From NCBI GenBank assembly GCA_019057865.1, contig JAHLWP010000001.1:160001-224000 (forward strand): a DNA stretch of 64,000 bases, in the 5' to 3' direction. Of the stretch, positions 39,554 through 49,636 are shown piece after piece (position 1 is the stretch's first letter; every line of letters starts with the position of its first letter). The stretch comes from Promethearchaeota archaeon (GTDB taxonomy: Archaea > Asgardarchaeota > Lokiarchaeia > Sigyniarchaeales > SOKP01). The translations under genes were made by a program, and so were the position numbers. The notes beneath the pieces were generated by a model. It was given only the letters and a program-made list of their open reading frames with translations, was not told where the DNA came from and searched no databases.

Positions 39554-40981
39554 TTAATCGAATTCTGGTCTTTTATCTTGCCAAGGAGCAATTTCTTCAA
39601 AGGCTTTGGATACCTGAAGAACAGCAAGATCATCAAATTTACTTCCGACAATCTGCATTCCGATGGGTAGTCCATCACTAGACCACCCACATGGAATAGA
39701 AGCAGCGGGATTTCCAGTCATATTAAATACTGATACAAGAGGAGCCCATGCTGTGGGTGATACCATTTTTCCATTAATTTGAGTGGGAAAAAGAATTCCT
39801 AATTCAAATGCTGGCAAACCAGTTGTAGGTGTTAATAAAATATCATATTTTTTAAAATACTGATAAAATTTGTCATATATGATTTTACGACGAGCCATTG
39901 ATCTTGTAAAATCCATTACAGTAGCACTTACTCCTGCTTCAACAGCTTTAACAAGGCCTGGATGCATTTTTTCTCTCGAATCTCTCAATTTAGCCATTAA
40001 ATCATAACCAAATAAGATAGAATGATATGTTAAAAGAATTCTTTCAGGGTTTCTAATCTTAAATTTTGCGGGTTCAATTGTCCATCCAAATTCCTCAAAT
40101 TTTTGAACAGAATTCAGGAAATTTTCTTTAACATCTGAATCAATTACTTTTGCAAATCCTAAATCAAGTGAAAAACCTATCTTTAAGTTCTTAGGTTTTT
40201 CATCAAGTTTTTCCAAATAATTAATATTTTGTTCTGGCAAGGAATACATGTCACCGTAATGTGGTCCTTTTATGGCATCCAACATTAATGCAGCATCCTT
40301 TACATATCTTACAATCGGACCATAATGAATTAATGATTCAAAGTGCATTCCTGATGTTGGATATACTGGAACTCTTCCGAAACTCGGTTTAATACCATAA
40401 ATTCCGCACAAACTAGCAGGAACTCGAATTGAACCTCCACCGTCAGCTCCCAAAGCTAAATATCCTAAACCAGAAGCTATGGCTGCTCCCGCACCACCGC
40501 TTGATCCTCCTGAAGTTCTTTCTAAATTCCATGGATTACGAGTTTCTCCAAAGATTAAATTATCAGTAATATGTAAAAATCCAAATGGGCTCATGTTTGT
40601 TTTTCCTAAAAGGACAATTCCTGCATCTTTTAATCTTTCTACAGATGCATCATCTTCATCGGGTATGTTGTTTTCATATAATTTTGATCCGAAAGTTGTT
40701 CTTATTCCTTTAATTGGCATTTCATCTTTTATGCTAGTTGGGATTCCATGTAATAATCCTAATTTCTCATCTTTTTTAACAGCATCATCTGCTTTCTTTG
40801 CCATTTCTCTAGCTAGATCAAAAGTAGGGGTGCAGTAAGCGTTAATTATAGGATTTATCTTTTCAATTCTTTCAATTATAACTTCAGTAATCTCTTGAGA
40901 AGTAAGTTCTTGAGTTTTTATTTTCTCTCTCATTTCATAAGCAGGCAAAAAACATATTTCTTCCTTATTCATTTTTACCAT
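39554..40981 (-). CDS. Amidase signature family protein
   Basis: SIKD, GGSSGG, GADGGGSIRVPA. Confidence 0.92.
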   Translation of the reverse strand: MVKMNKEEICFLPAYEMREKIKTQELTSQEITEVIIERIEKINPIINAYCTPTFDLAREMAKKADDAVKKDEKLGLLHGIPTSIKDEMPIKGIRTTFGSKLYENNIPDEDDASVERLKDAGIVLLGKTNMSPFGFLHITDNLIFGETRNPWNLERTSGGSSGGAGAAIASGLGYLALGADGGGSIRVPASLCGIYGIKPSFGRVPVYPTSGMHFESLIHYGPIVRYVKDAALMLDAIKGPHYGDMYSLPEQNINYLEKLDEKPKNLKIGFSLDLGFAKVIDSDVKENFLNSVQKFEEFGWTIEPAKFKIRNPERILLTYHSILFGYDLMAKLRDSREKMHPGLVKAVEAGVSATVMDFTRSMARRKIIYDKFYQYFKKYDILLTPTTGLPAFELGILFPTQINGKMVSPTAWAPLVSVFNMTGNPAASIPCGWSSDGLPIGMQIVGSKFDDLAVLQVSKAFEEIAPWQDKRPEFD

Positions 40982-41066
40982 TGATTTTCATTTGTTTTAA
41001 TAAATTAAAATTTGATAATATTTAATATAAACGATTTTATATTTGGATAGAAATACAAACTCGATA

Positions 41067-42497
41067 TTAATTGAAGACTGGTTTTTTCCCTTGCCATGGG
41101 GTAATTTCTTCAAATGCTTTGGATACTTGTAGAATTAATAATTCTTCAAATCTTTTACCAACAATTTGTAAGCCAATTGGAAGATTGTCTTTTGTCCATC
41201 CGCAGGGAATAGAAGCCGCAGGGTGTCCCGTAAAATTAAAGGGAAATGTAAATGGTTGCCAACCTGTGGGACCTACATCTATTCCGTTTATTTTTGAAGG
41301 AGCAGCAATCCCTAATTCGAAAGCAGGAACTGCTGTTGTTGGAGTAATTAGTATATCATAATTTCTAAATGATTCAAATATAGCGTGATAAAATTCATTA
41401 CGAGTTTTCATAGCGTGTGGTAAACTTGAAGCTGGGAATCCTAATCCCGCTTCAACCCACGTAACTAAAGTAGGATCTAGTTTTTCTCTCCATTCCTTTA
41501 AATAGGGTTCTAATTCATATCCAAAAGTTACAAGCCAGAATGTGCTAAAAGCTACTGATGGATCTACCCCTTTAAATTTTACTTCTTCTACTTTCCACCC
41601 AAAAGATTCAAAATTATAAACTGACTTAATTACTACTTTTTCAACTTCACTGTCAATGACTTTTGCGTACCCTAAATCTAAACTATAGCCAATTTTTAAA
41701 TTTTCTGGCTTTTCATTTATGTGATCAAGATACTTAAGATTATCCTCTGGTAAAGAAAATCTATCACCCTCAAATGGTCCCTTCATAACATCTAACATTA
41801 ATGCTGCATCTGAAACATATCTTACAATAGGGCCAATAACAGCCAGAGTTTGAGCTGTAATGAATTCTCTTGGATGAATAGGAACCCTACCAAAGCTAGG
41901 TTTAAGCCCATAAGCTCCACAAAAACAAGCAGGATGTCGAATAGATCCTCCTCCATCTGAGCCTTGAGCTAGAGGACCCATTCCACATACAACTGATGCT
42001 GCTGCTCCTCCACTAGAACCTCCAGATGTCTTCTCAAGATTCCATGGGTTTGGAGTAGCTCCAAATATTAAATTATCAGTAGCTCCTTTAAATCCGAATT
42101 CGGGAGTATTAGTTTTTCCTAAGATTACACAACCAGCATCTTTTAAGCGTTTTACAACAATAGCATCTTCATGTGGAACATAGTTTTCAAAGATTTTTGA
42201 ACCAAAGGTGGTTCTCACTCCTTTAACTGGTACTAAATCTTTTATGGAAGTTGGAATACCATTTAAAAGGGGATTTTCTTTTTCTTCCTTTTTTACTCTT
42301 TTATCAGCTTTTTTTGCCATTTCTCTTGCTAATTCGAAAGTTGGCGTGCAATAAGCATTAATTATAGGATTAATTTTTTCAATTCTTTCAATAATAATTT
42401 CAGTAATCTCTTGAGAAGTAAGTTCTTGAGTTCTTATTTTTTCTCTCATTTCCGATGCGGACATAAAGCAAATATCTTCTTTATTCATTTTCATCAT
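41067..42497 (-). CDS. Amidase signature family protein (tandem paralogue)
   Basis: SIKD, GGSSGG, GSDGGGSIRHPA; N-terminus nearly identical to neighbour. Confidence 0.92.
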   Translation of the reverse strand: MMKMNKEDICFMSASEMREKIRTQELTSQEITEIIIERIEKINPIINAYCTPTFELAREMAKKADKRVKKEEKENPLLNGIPTSIKDLVPVKGVRTTFGSKIFENYVPHEDAIVVKRLKDAGCVILGKTNTPEFGFKGATDNLIFGATPNPWNLEKTSGGSSGGAAASVVCGMGPLAQGSDGGGSIRHPACFCGAYGLKPSFGRVPIHPREFITAQTLAVIGPIVRYVSDAALMLDVMKGPFEGDRFSLPEDNLKYLDHINEKPENLKIGYSLDLGYAKVIDSEVEKVVIKSVYNFESFGWKVEEVKFKGVDPSVAFSTFWLVTFGYELEPYLKEWREKLDPTLVTWVEAGLGFPASSLPHAMKTRNEFYHAIFESFRNYDILITPTTAVPAFELGIAAPSKINGIDVGPTGWQPFTFPFNFTGHPAASIPCGWTKDNLPIGLQIVGKRFEELLILQVSKAFEEITPWQGKKPVFN

Positions 42498-42628
42498 CAG
42501 TTTAAAATACTATTATTAAATAATTTTTGATGTAAAATAATATAAAATTACTCATTTTAGTTTTAAATATGATTTAAAATTCTAAAAACTTCTCAGAATA
42601 AGAACCTATAATTTTTCTTTTTCTTATC

Positions 42629-43036
42629 TTAAAATTTAAAATCTTTTTGCCATTTCTTATATCCCAGCTTAAAAAGTTTTAATCTGGGTTTATTTACTTT
42701 ATTATCCAACTGTGTTTTAGAACGTGGATTGTACATTATTTCGCGATAGCGAGTATAATATTCATCTGCGCTTGGATTTCCATAAATCAATTTTAAAATT
42801 GCTTTTTCAGTAAAATAAAGAATTAAATCAGGTTTAATACCGGGATTTTCTTTGGTTATCTCTAAAATATTCTCTTTTTTTTTATATAAGAAGTAATGCA
42901 GTTTGAAAAATTCTTCATCTGTAGAATTTTCAGTAATATAATATTCCCAACAAGCGTTTATATTTAAATATCTCATTAAATCCAAATTATTTGGAAAATA
43001 AGTTTTTAATTTCTTATATAATTCTTCTGCATCCAT
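42629..43036 (-). CDS. Hypothetical protein, possibly SCP2-like fold
   Basis: PDLILYFTEKAILKLI resembles the matching segment of 44611-45081. Confidence 0.5.
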   Translation of the reverse strand: MDAEELYKKLKTYFPNNLDLMRYLNINACWEYYITENSTDEEFFKLHYFLYKKKENILEITKENPGIKPDLILYFTEKAILKLIYGNPSADEYYTRYREIMYNPRSKTQLDNKVNKPRLKLFKLGYKKWQKDFKF

Positions 43037-43048
43037 CGCGCAATCTAA

Positions 43049-44542
43049 TTATTTTATTTTCTCTAAATTCAACGGAGTACCATCATAAATATATTTCCCA
43101 TAAACCAATTCCTGGGGATAATATTTGCAACCTGCTGGATAAGCAGAATCTTTAATTCCACCAAGTGAAACCGTAATATCAACAAGCATGGGTCTAGCAT
43201 TTATATAAATATTCGCAGCTTCTAATTCGTTCTTAAAAATCTCAATGTTATTCAGATTAGATGTATAAACAACTGCCCTCATACCATAATTACTAGCATT
43301 TGCTAACCTTATTGCATCTCTCATATCGTCAGCTTTAGTAATAGAACGAACTGGTCCAAAAGCCTCTTCTTTCCATAAGAATGGAGCTTTAGTTAGATCC
43401 TCACATAATTCGGGTTTTATTTCTACTAAAGTAGGCTTGTAAAATAACCCATAATCTTCACCAGTGTCGATCTTTTCTGCACCCGTGAAAATTTTAGCAC
43501 CAAATTTCTTTGCATCTGCTACCATCACCTCCATCATCATCAGGATTCTCCTACTTCCCAGTGGACCAATATCTGTATCCGGATCAGTGGGATCTCCGTA
43601 CTTTAAGTTTTCAATTTCTTTCACAAGACATTCTATATATTGGTCGTATATATCTTTGTGGACTATAATTCGCTTCATCGAGAAGCATTGTTGTCCAGAA
43701 TTAGTATAACTTGCCATTACATTCCATTTAGCCACTCGTTCTAAATTTACGTCATCCATGACTATTCCTGCATCATTTCCAGCACATTCGAAAAAGAATT
43801 GTTTAAATGGCTGAGTATACATAGGAAATCCCATTGATTTATCAACAGTTTTTTTCAGGAATCTACCATAACGTACTAAGATATCCTTTGCTGTATGAGA
43901 CGCTGTAATCGTCATCAAAGTCTTGACCAATGGAGATTTAAGAAATTCATCTACTGCCCATTCTCCAGGAGCTATAACTATATCTAAGGCTCCAAGACCA
44001 GGTAAATCCATTTCTTCCATTATTGAATAAGCTTCTAACATAGTTAATGGACAGGCTGTAGACGGTTTAACGATGGCTCCATTACCAACTAAATAATTCG
44101 CACCCAATTGATAAAGAGGTAGACTTATAGGAGTATTACGAGGAGAAATGCATACTGCTAAACCATGAGGGAGATATCTTATTTTAACTAATTGTTCTCC
44201 TTCTATGCTTGTTAAAGATTTTTCTTCTACGAATTGATAATACCAATCACAAAATTTGAAACCATTCATTACAATATTCAATTCCCATTCAGAATATTTG
44301 ATTGGCAATCCACCTTCTGCAACTACCAAATCCTTCAATTTGGATTTTTTAAAACGCAATTTAGTAGCAAATTTAGAAAGAAGTTGAGCTCGTTCAAAAA
44401 AATCCATTTCTTTTAATAAATGTTGATTTTTATGTACTTTCTTAATTTTTGCATTAATTGTTTCTGGTGTGTCAGCAGGAATAGTTCCTATAAGTTCACC
44501 AGTGTATTTATTTTTTATTTCCAATTCTTGAACTTTTATCAT
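43049..44542 (-). CDS. Aldehyde dehydrogenase family protein
   Basis: PRN, KPS, ECAGND, GQQC catalytic Cys, EEAFGP. Confidence 0.9.
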   Translation of the reverse strand: MIKVQELEIKNKYTGELIGTIPADTPETINAKIKKVHKNQHLLKEMDFFERAQLLSKFATKLRFKKSKLKDLVVAEGGLPIKYSEWELNIVMNGFKFCDWYYQFVEEKSLTSIEGEQLVKIRYLPHGLAVCISPRNTPISLPLYQLGANYLVGNGAIVKPSTACPLTMLEAYSIMEEMDLPGLGALDIVIAPGEWAVDEFLKSPLVKTLMTITASHTAKDILVRYGRFLKKTVDKSMGFPMYTQPFKQFFFECAGNDAGIVMDDVNLERVAKWNVMASYTNSGQQCFSMKRIIVHKDIYDQYIECLVKEIENLKYGDPTDPDTDIGPLGSRRILMMMEVMVADAKKFGAKIFTGAEKIDTGEDYGLFYKPTLVEIKPELCEDLTKAPFLWKEEAFGPVRSITKADDMRDAIRLANASNYGMRAVVYTSNLNNIEIFKNELEAANIYINARPMLVDITVSLGGIKDSAYPAGCKYYPQELVYGKYIYDGTPLNLEKIK

Positions 44543-44610
44543 AAATTTAATTACCCTTATATATTTTAAAGTTATTTCTAATATTTATTTAAAAAAAAAA
44601 TTTAAATACT

Positions 44611-45081
44611 CTAAATATCGTCATCATCTTTGAGGATACCAGCAGTCTGGGCAAATTTTCCATAGCCCATATTAATTAAAGTTTGTGTTCTTTTATGCAA
44701 TACAAAATCAATCCAGCCTTTTTCTTCATCTGGATTATCATAAAATAATCCCAAAAGTTGTGCATAATCTACTTTCGTTTTTGTTTGGATTAATTTTTTA
44801 ACTGCATCCACCGAGAGTGCTAGTTCCAAATCCGAATCGACTGCTCTTCCTGGTTTTATTTCAATTCCATTTCCATTTCTATACACATTAAAGATATCAA
44901 CTGGAGATTCTTTATCATATGTTTCAATTGAATCATAAAGCGCAAAATCAAAGTTTGAACCGTTTATTAAATCCGAGAAAATCTCAGGATATTGTGCCAG
45001 AAATTTGGTGTATTTTCTGGCTATTTCTGTCTTATATACTTTTTTATCTATAATTTGACTTGTTAATTCTTCTTGTGTCAT
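44611..45081 (-). CDS. Hypothetical protein, possibly SCP2-like fold
   Basis: GIEIKPGRAVDSDLELALSVDAVKKLI. Confidence 0.5.
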   Translation of the reverse strand: MTQEELTSQIIDKKVYKTEIARKYTKFLAQYPEIFSDLINGSNFDFALYDSIETYDKESPVDIFNVYRNGNGIEIKPGRAVDSDLELALSVDAVKKLIQTKTKVDYAQLLGLFYDNPDEEKGWIDFVLHKRTQTLINMGYGKFAQTAGILKDDDDI

Positions 45082-45082
45082 T

Positions 45083-46114
45083 TTAACACATCCGTATTCC
45101 TATTTTTTTTTTATTTTTACCATTAAGTTTAATAAAATTCTTATACCATTCAACAGTTTTCATCAAACCCTCTCTAATAGGTGTGATTTCATATCCTAAT
45201 TTTTCAATAGCACTTTTAGAAGAAAACGCCCAATTATATTTCATTCCTATAATCATAGCAGGAGTGATATAAGGAATTCTTTTTTTTGAGAGTCTTGCTT
45301 TAAATTTACATAACCGCCCATACAGAACACCCGCCCACATTGGAAGTTTTCTAGGTTTTTTAACTTCACCTAATTCAGCTATTAAATTAAGATAATCTCT
45401 AATTTTAATATCTTCACCACCTAAAACAAAACCCTGACCGAATAAATCCTCTCTATCAATTACACTAACCATTCCATCAATAACATCATCTAAATAAGAC
45501 ATACAAAAAACTGATTCTCCTTTTCCAGGAAGACCTATAAATTGCCCTGCTAAGATATCGAATATCATCTCACCATAAATATTGAAATCTCCTGGACCAT
45601 ACACAAATCCAGGATAAAATATTATTGTTTTAAGACCTTTTTCTATATATTCTTTTATTTTTTCACGTCCTAGATATTTAGTCCTTTCATATTCATTAAT
45701 AAAGAAATCCACATGAGGAAAGGATTCATCAGTAGGTTCTGTACTTTCTTTTGGATTTGGTCCAAGAGCTACAAAAGAACTCATATAAAAAAGCGTTATA
45801 TTGTTCTCTAGAGCAATTTTAGCGATATTTTCAGCGCCCTGAACATTTATGTCGTAAAAACTGTTTTTATCTTTTGCCCAAATTATGACTTGCCCCGCTA
45901 GATGGTAAATTAAATCGACTCCTACAATATTAGATAAACTCTGAATATCTCTAACATCACCGACGGAATATTCAATATTAGCTAAATCATTAAATGGAGT
46001 TATGTCACTTGTTTCCCTTATCAGTAACTTTAAATTATGACCTAGCTCATTCAATTTCTTTACTAATGGGACACCAATAAATCCAGTACCGCCGGTAACT
46101 AAAATGTTAGCCAT
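45083..46114 (-). CDS. NAD-dependent epimerase/dehydratase (extended SDR)
   Basis: TGGTGFIG, HLAG, YERTK, YGPGD. Confidence 0.9.
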   Translation of the reverse strand: MANILVTGGTGFIGVPLVKKLNELGHNLKLLIRETSDITPFNDLANIEYSVGDVRDIQSLSNIVGVDLIYHLAGQVIIWAKDKNSFYDINVQGAENIAKIALENNITLFYMSSFVALGPNPKESTEPTDESFPHVDFFINEYERTKYLGREKIKEYIEKGLKTIIFYPGFVYGPGDFNIYGEMIFDILAGQFIGLPGKGESVFCMSYLDDVIDGMVSVIDREDLFGQGFVLGGEDIKIRDYLNLIAELGEVKKPRKLPMWAGVLYGRLCKFKARLSKKRIPYITPAMIIGMKYNWAFSSKSAIEKLGYEITPIREGLMKTVEWYKNFIKLNGKNKKKIGIRMC

Positions 46115-46323
46115 TACTAAAATTCCTAAATATCAAAAATTAGTGTTTAAATATTTGATAGGTATCTACCGGTCTTTTTTAAATATTTCATACTAATAAC
46201 ATTTGTAATGGTTAAAAGTTTGAAAAATAGGAAATTAAAATAATCTCAGTTGTAATGATTTATTTCTTTTTAAACATATTAGTATTATACTTAGATTTTA
46301 ATTTTAAGGGTGCATAATAATCA

Positions 46324-46917
46324 ATGAATGATATTGGTAAAAGTATAAAAAAGTTTAGTGCATCCACTATGCCTAAGAAAGATTCTTCATATATTACCTC
46401 TCAATTGGAATTACCCTTCTTAGAGACTTCACCAGATCTTTTAGAAGAAATATTTCATACCCTTAGGGATAAATTTGGTTTATATAAGAACTCGAATCAA
46501 AAGCTAATTGATTTAGGAGCTGGGAATGGCACTGTCATTATATATTCTGCCTTAAATTATAATATAGAATCTTTTGGAATTGAAATCAATCCAAATTTAA
46601 TAGAAGAAACGAAAAAAAGGATTAGAATATTAAAAACAAAACATAATCATAAAAGAAGTATAATAAAAAACATTAAAATAGAATTAGGAGATTTTTATCA
46701 AAAAAACCTAAAAAAATTTGACTTTATATATATATATTCCTTTCCTACAATGCAAAAATTCTTAAAACATGTGTTTTTTACAGCAAAAAAGGGCGCAATT
46801 ATTATTTCACACAAATATCCTTTGAATGGTTTAAATTCATATTTAAAGCTTGATTATGAATTAAAACAAAAGAAGGGAAATAAAGAATGTTCCACCTATT
46901 TTTATTCTAAACTTTAA
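46324..46917 (+). CDS. Class I SAM-dependent methyltransferase
   Basis: PFLET, DLGAGNG, GIEINP. Confidence 0.8.
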   Translation: MNDIGKSIKKFSASTMPKKDSSYITSQLELPFLETSPDLLEEIFHTLRDKFGLYKNSNQKLIDLGAGNGTVIIYSALNYNIESFGIEINPNLIEETKKRIRILKTKHNHKRSIIKNIKIELGDFYQKNLKKFDFIYIYSFPTMQKFLKHVFFTAKKGAIIISHKYPLNGLNSYLKLDYELKQKKGNKECSTYFYSKL

Positions 46918-47031
46918 ATATTTTTTCCATTGTCGCTAAAAAATATAATTATAAATAAAGTGATAATAAATAATTATATACTTCTATTATTGAATAATTA
47001 ATTAATTATAAAAAATGGTGTAAATTTAGAA

Positions 47032-47745
47032 ATGGCTATTTCTGCAGAGGGATTGCTAGATGGGATGACTTCTGCTGGTATTGTCCTATCAGCAACTATT
47101 TTCGGGTTATTTTCTTTATATAAAGCCATAAAACTAAAAGCGAAGCTTCTTGGAGTTGCTGCTCTTACTATGTTTTTTGTGGGTCTTTTATGGTTAGGAC
47201 CTTTCACTGACATGATATCTTTGCTTATAAGAGAAAAGAATATAGGACATCCTCCTCATTATGAAATTTATGCAATCTTAAGCTATATATGGGTTGCTCC
47301 GACTCTTGTCTTCGCAATGTTTTTAGGAGGCGAGTTAATTTGGCCAAAAGGCAAATGGATACTTGTAGGCATTTACATAGCTTTAAGTGTTGTCTTTGAG
47401 ATGTTCCTTTGGTTTAATACAAATCATTCATTTGAAGAACTTGCTCCTGAAATTCCAGGTGAAACTATAATAGCTGCGAGTTTTGATCGTACCCATCCAA
47501 CATTTATGTTAGTTGCTATATTTTTAGTTTCAGCACTAGTATTCTTAGGAATTGGATTTTTAATTAAAGCAAAACAAGCAACTGGAGATTTGAGAAGGAA
47601 ATTCCTGTATCTATCAATTGGTTTTATTATTTTTGTGTTGGCAGGAGCTTCAGATTCTTTAATCGAACCTGGTGCCCTTTTATGGATTATTAGAGGTGTT
47701 ATGATGACTTTCGCCATATGGTTGTATCTGGGGTTAAAGACTTAA
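47032..47745 (+). CDS. Multi-pass (about 7 TM) membrane protein
   Basis: About seven hydrophobic segments. Confidence 0.75.
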   Translation: MAISAEGLLDGMTSAGIVLSATIFGLFSLYKAIKLKAKLLGVAALTMFFVGLLWLGPFTDMISLLIREKNIGHPPHYEIYAILSYIWVAPTLVFAMFLGGELIWPKGKWILVGIYIALSVVFEMFLWFNTNHSFEELAPEIPGETIIAASFDRTHPTFMLVAIFLVSALVFLGIGFLIKAKQATGDLRRKFLYLSIGFIIFVLAGASDSLIEPGALLWIIRGVMMTFAIWLYLGLKT

Positions 47746-47825
47746 TTTTTTTTTTTTTTCTTTAGTTTTCCTCTCTGGTAACTTTAAATCTGTTAAGCAA
47801 ATTAAATAGAAATTTGCATCTTGTG

Positions 47826-48302
47826 CTATTTTTCATTAATTTTAATCAGCATATCTTTTAAAAATAATTTCATAAAGTATCTCTGACTATTACAAAACTC
47901 TAATTTTTGATTGTTAGTTAAATTAGAGCAATTAGATAAGATAGAATGAATATCATGTGAAATAATAAGATATTCATCTTTAGGATCATGAGATTTGCGT
48001 TCTAAACTATTACTCTCTTGGGAGTAATTTTTATTGGAAAAAGTTTCATTAAAATTATGATTAATTTCTATTGGATATTTGTTTTCGTAAGCAATTAAAG
48101 ATGAAATTATTAAATCCGAAATTGCATAAAAATTGTCATTTGAATCCTTTTGCTTCAATAACTCCGAGACCAGTCCAGAAATTAGGTTAAAAGTAGGATT
48201 TTGAAATTTTGGTTTATCTAAACTATTTGATTCTTCAAAACTTATTTTACTTCCGAAGATTTGGTTAGATAATTCTTTGCTAGCAAATCCTTTAGAAATT
48301 AT
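47826..48302 (-). CDS. Hypothetical protein (frame open upstream of the tracked TTG at 48158)
   Basis: No stop until 48333-48335; GGTGGA followed by ATA/ATT near 48302. Confidence 0.4.
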   Translation of the reverse strand: MISKGFASKELSNQIFGSKISFEESNSLDKPKFQNPTFNLISGLVSELLKQKDSNDNFYAISDLIISSLIAYENKYPIEINHNFNETFSNKNYSQESNSLERKSHDPKDEYLIISHDIHSILSNCSNLTNNQKLEFCNSQRYFMKLFLKDMLIKINEK

Positions 48303-48602
48303 GTATCCACCCGGAGAAATTTCAATTTGATTTTAGTAAGATTTACTAACTATTTAAAAAAAAAGCCTCTGCGAATTTATTAGAAATATTAGTTGTTCCA
48401 CATTTAAGGAAAAATTGCACAAAAAACTTCAGATAATCATTTTATTGGGAATAAGGAAAAAAGTTTCAGCTAGTTAATTTCAAATGAGAATTTAGAGTTT
48501 AATTTTAAAAATTTAATTTTTTTTATTCTTTTTAAATATGTTTAATAGAACTAAGTTTCGTAGCGAATAATAAAAAAAAATTTATTAAAATTAATAAAAA
48601 AT

Positions 48603-49178
48603 TTATAGGTTTGAACCGCAATTTGGGCAAAAATTTGCTTTTACTTCTAACTTATGACCACAATAAACACAGTAGTTCTTACCTTCTGTTTGTAAGGGAG
48701 CTTCTAATTTCTTTTCTGGGGGAGAATATTCTTTTGATTGGGTATATGAAATTCCTTTTCCTAAAATTATTTCTCCCGTATCAGGACTAAAACTGTATTG
48801 GACTACACCACGATTTCGTAAATCTAATAAAACCCTAAGCAAATCTTTTGGTCTCATTCCTATCTCTAGTGCAATGTGTTCAAGTTTATGAGTTCCTTGA
48901 AAATTTCTTTGGATTAAAGCATTTTTAACTACTTGCTTATATTTATAGTTAGTATAAAGTTGGTTAAATCCACCAATGAAAATAAAGAAGCTAGGGATAA
49001 ATAACCAGAATCCCCACGCAGAAAGCCCTATAAATTCAATTTCAAAAGCTCTAAGAAATAATGATAAGACAGCAACAAAGAGAAACACTATTGCAACAGC
49101 AAAGGTCCCAATAGCAGCCTCGTATTTTTCCTTATAGTAATAACGATGTTTATATTTATCACTTGACACTTTTGTCAA
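48603..49178 (-). CDS. Membrane protein with winged-helix-like segment and C-terminal Zn ribbon
   Basis: 2 TM helices; CVYCG...CPNCG. Confidence 0.7.
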   Translation of the reverse strand: MTKVSSDKYKHRYYYKEKYEAAIGTFAVAIVFLFVAVLSLFLRAFEIEFIGLSAWGFWLFIPSFFIFIGGFNQLYTNYKYKQVVKNALIQRNFQGTHKLEHIALEIGMRPKDLLRVLLDLRNRGVVQYSFSPDTGEIILGKGISYTQSKEYSPPEKKLEAPLQTEGKNYCVYCGHKLEVKANFCPNCGSNL

Positions 49179-49513
49179 CTCAATTTTTTAAAACTCAATT
49201 TTTTAAAAGTTTATAGAGATTATTATTAATATTTGTATATATTTTTTGATTAGTCCATTTTTTATTAACTTTGATTTTATAAAAAAAAACTATGGATACT
49301 CATTCACTAAGTAACTCTTATAAGCGAGAGAATATTTGAGAAGCATTTTTTATCGAAGGGAAAAAATTTAGCGAACATTTAAATTGCTTTTTGCAACTCT
49401 TCTTATTATTCTCTCTATAAAGAGGGTTTTAGATCAATAAAACAAATTTGGATTAATTTTATATTTTTGATATTAATTTTAGTTAAATAAAAAAAAAAAT
49501 TTAAAAAGATCAA

Positions 49514-49596
49514 ATGTTAAGTTTTATTAACGCTTTTAAATTCAGATTTTTCAAAGATCAAAACATTTAAATATTTATGTTAAGTTTATTTAACAT
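49514..49596. promoter_or_regulatory. Two related palindromic operator candidates around a TATA-like box
   Basis: ATGTTAAgttttaTTAACG (49514-49532) and ATGTTAAgtttatTTAACAT (49577-49596); TTTAAATA at 49566-49573. Confidence 0.6.
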
Positions 49597-49636
49597 AGAA
49601 TGAATTAATATTTTTTTAAAAAAAAGGAGGAAAAAA

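Noticed and set aside
39554-42497. Calling either amidase gatA
   Set aside because: No gatB/gatC nearby and the sequences look like general amidases.
49178-49208. Short tandem duplication AACTCAATTTTTTAAA x2 as a CRISPR or functional repeat
   Set aside because: Only two adjacent low-complexity copies with no spacers; no CRISPR array was seen in the window.
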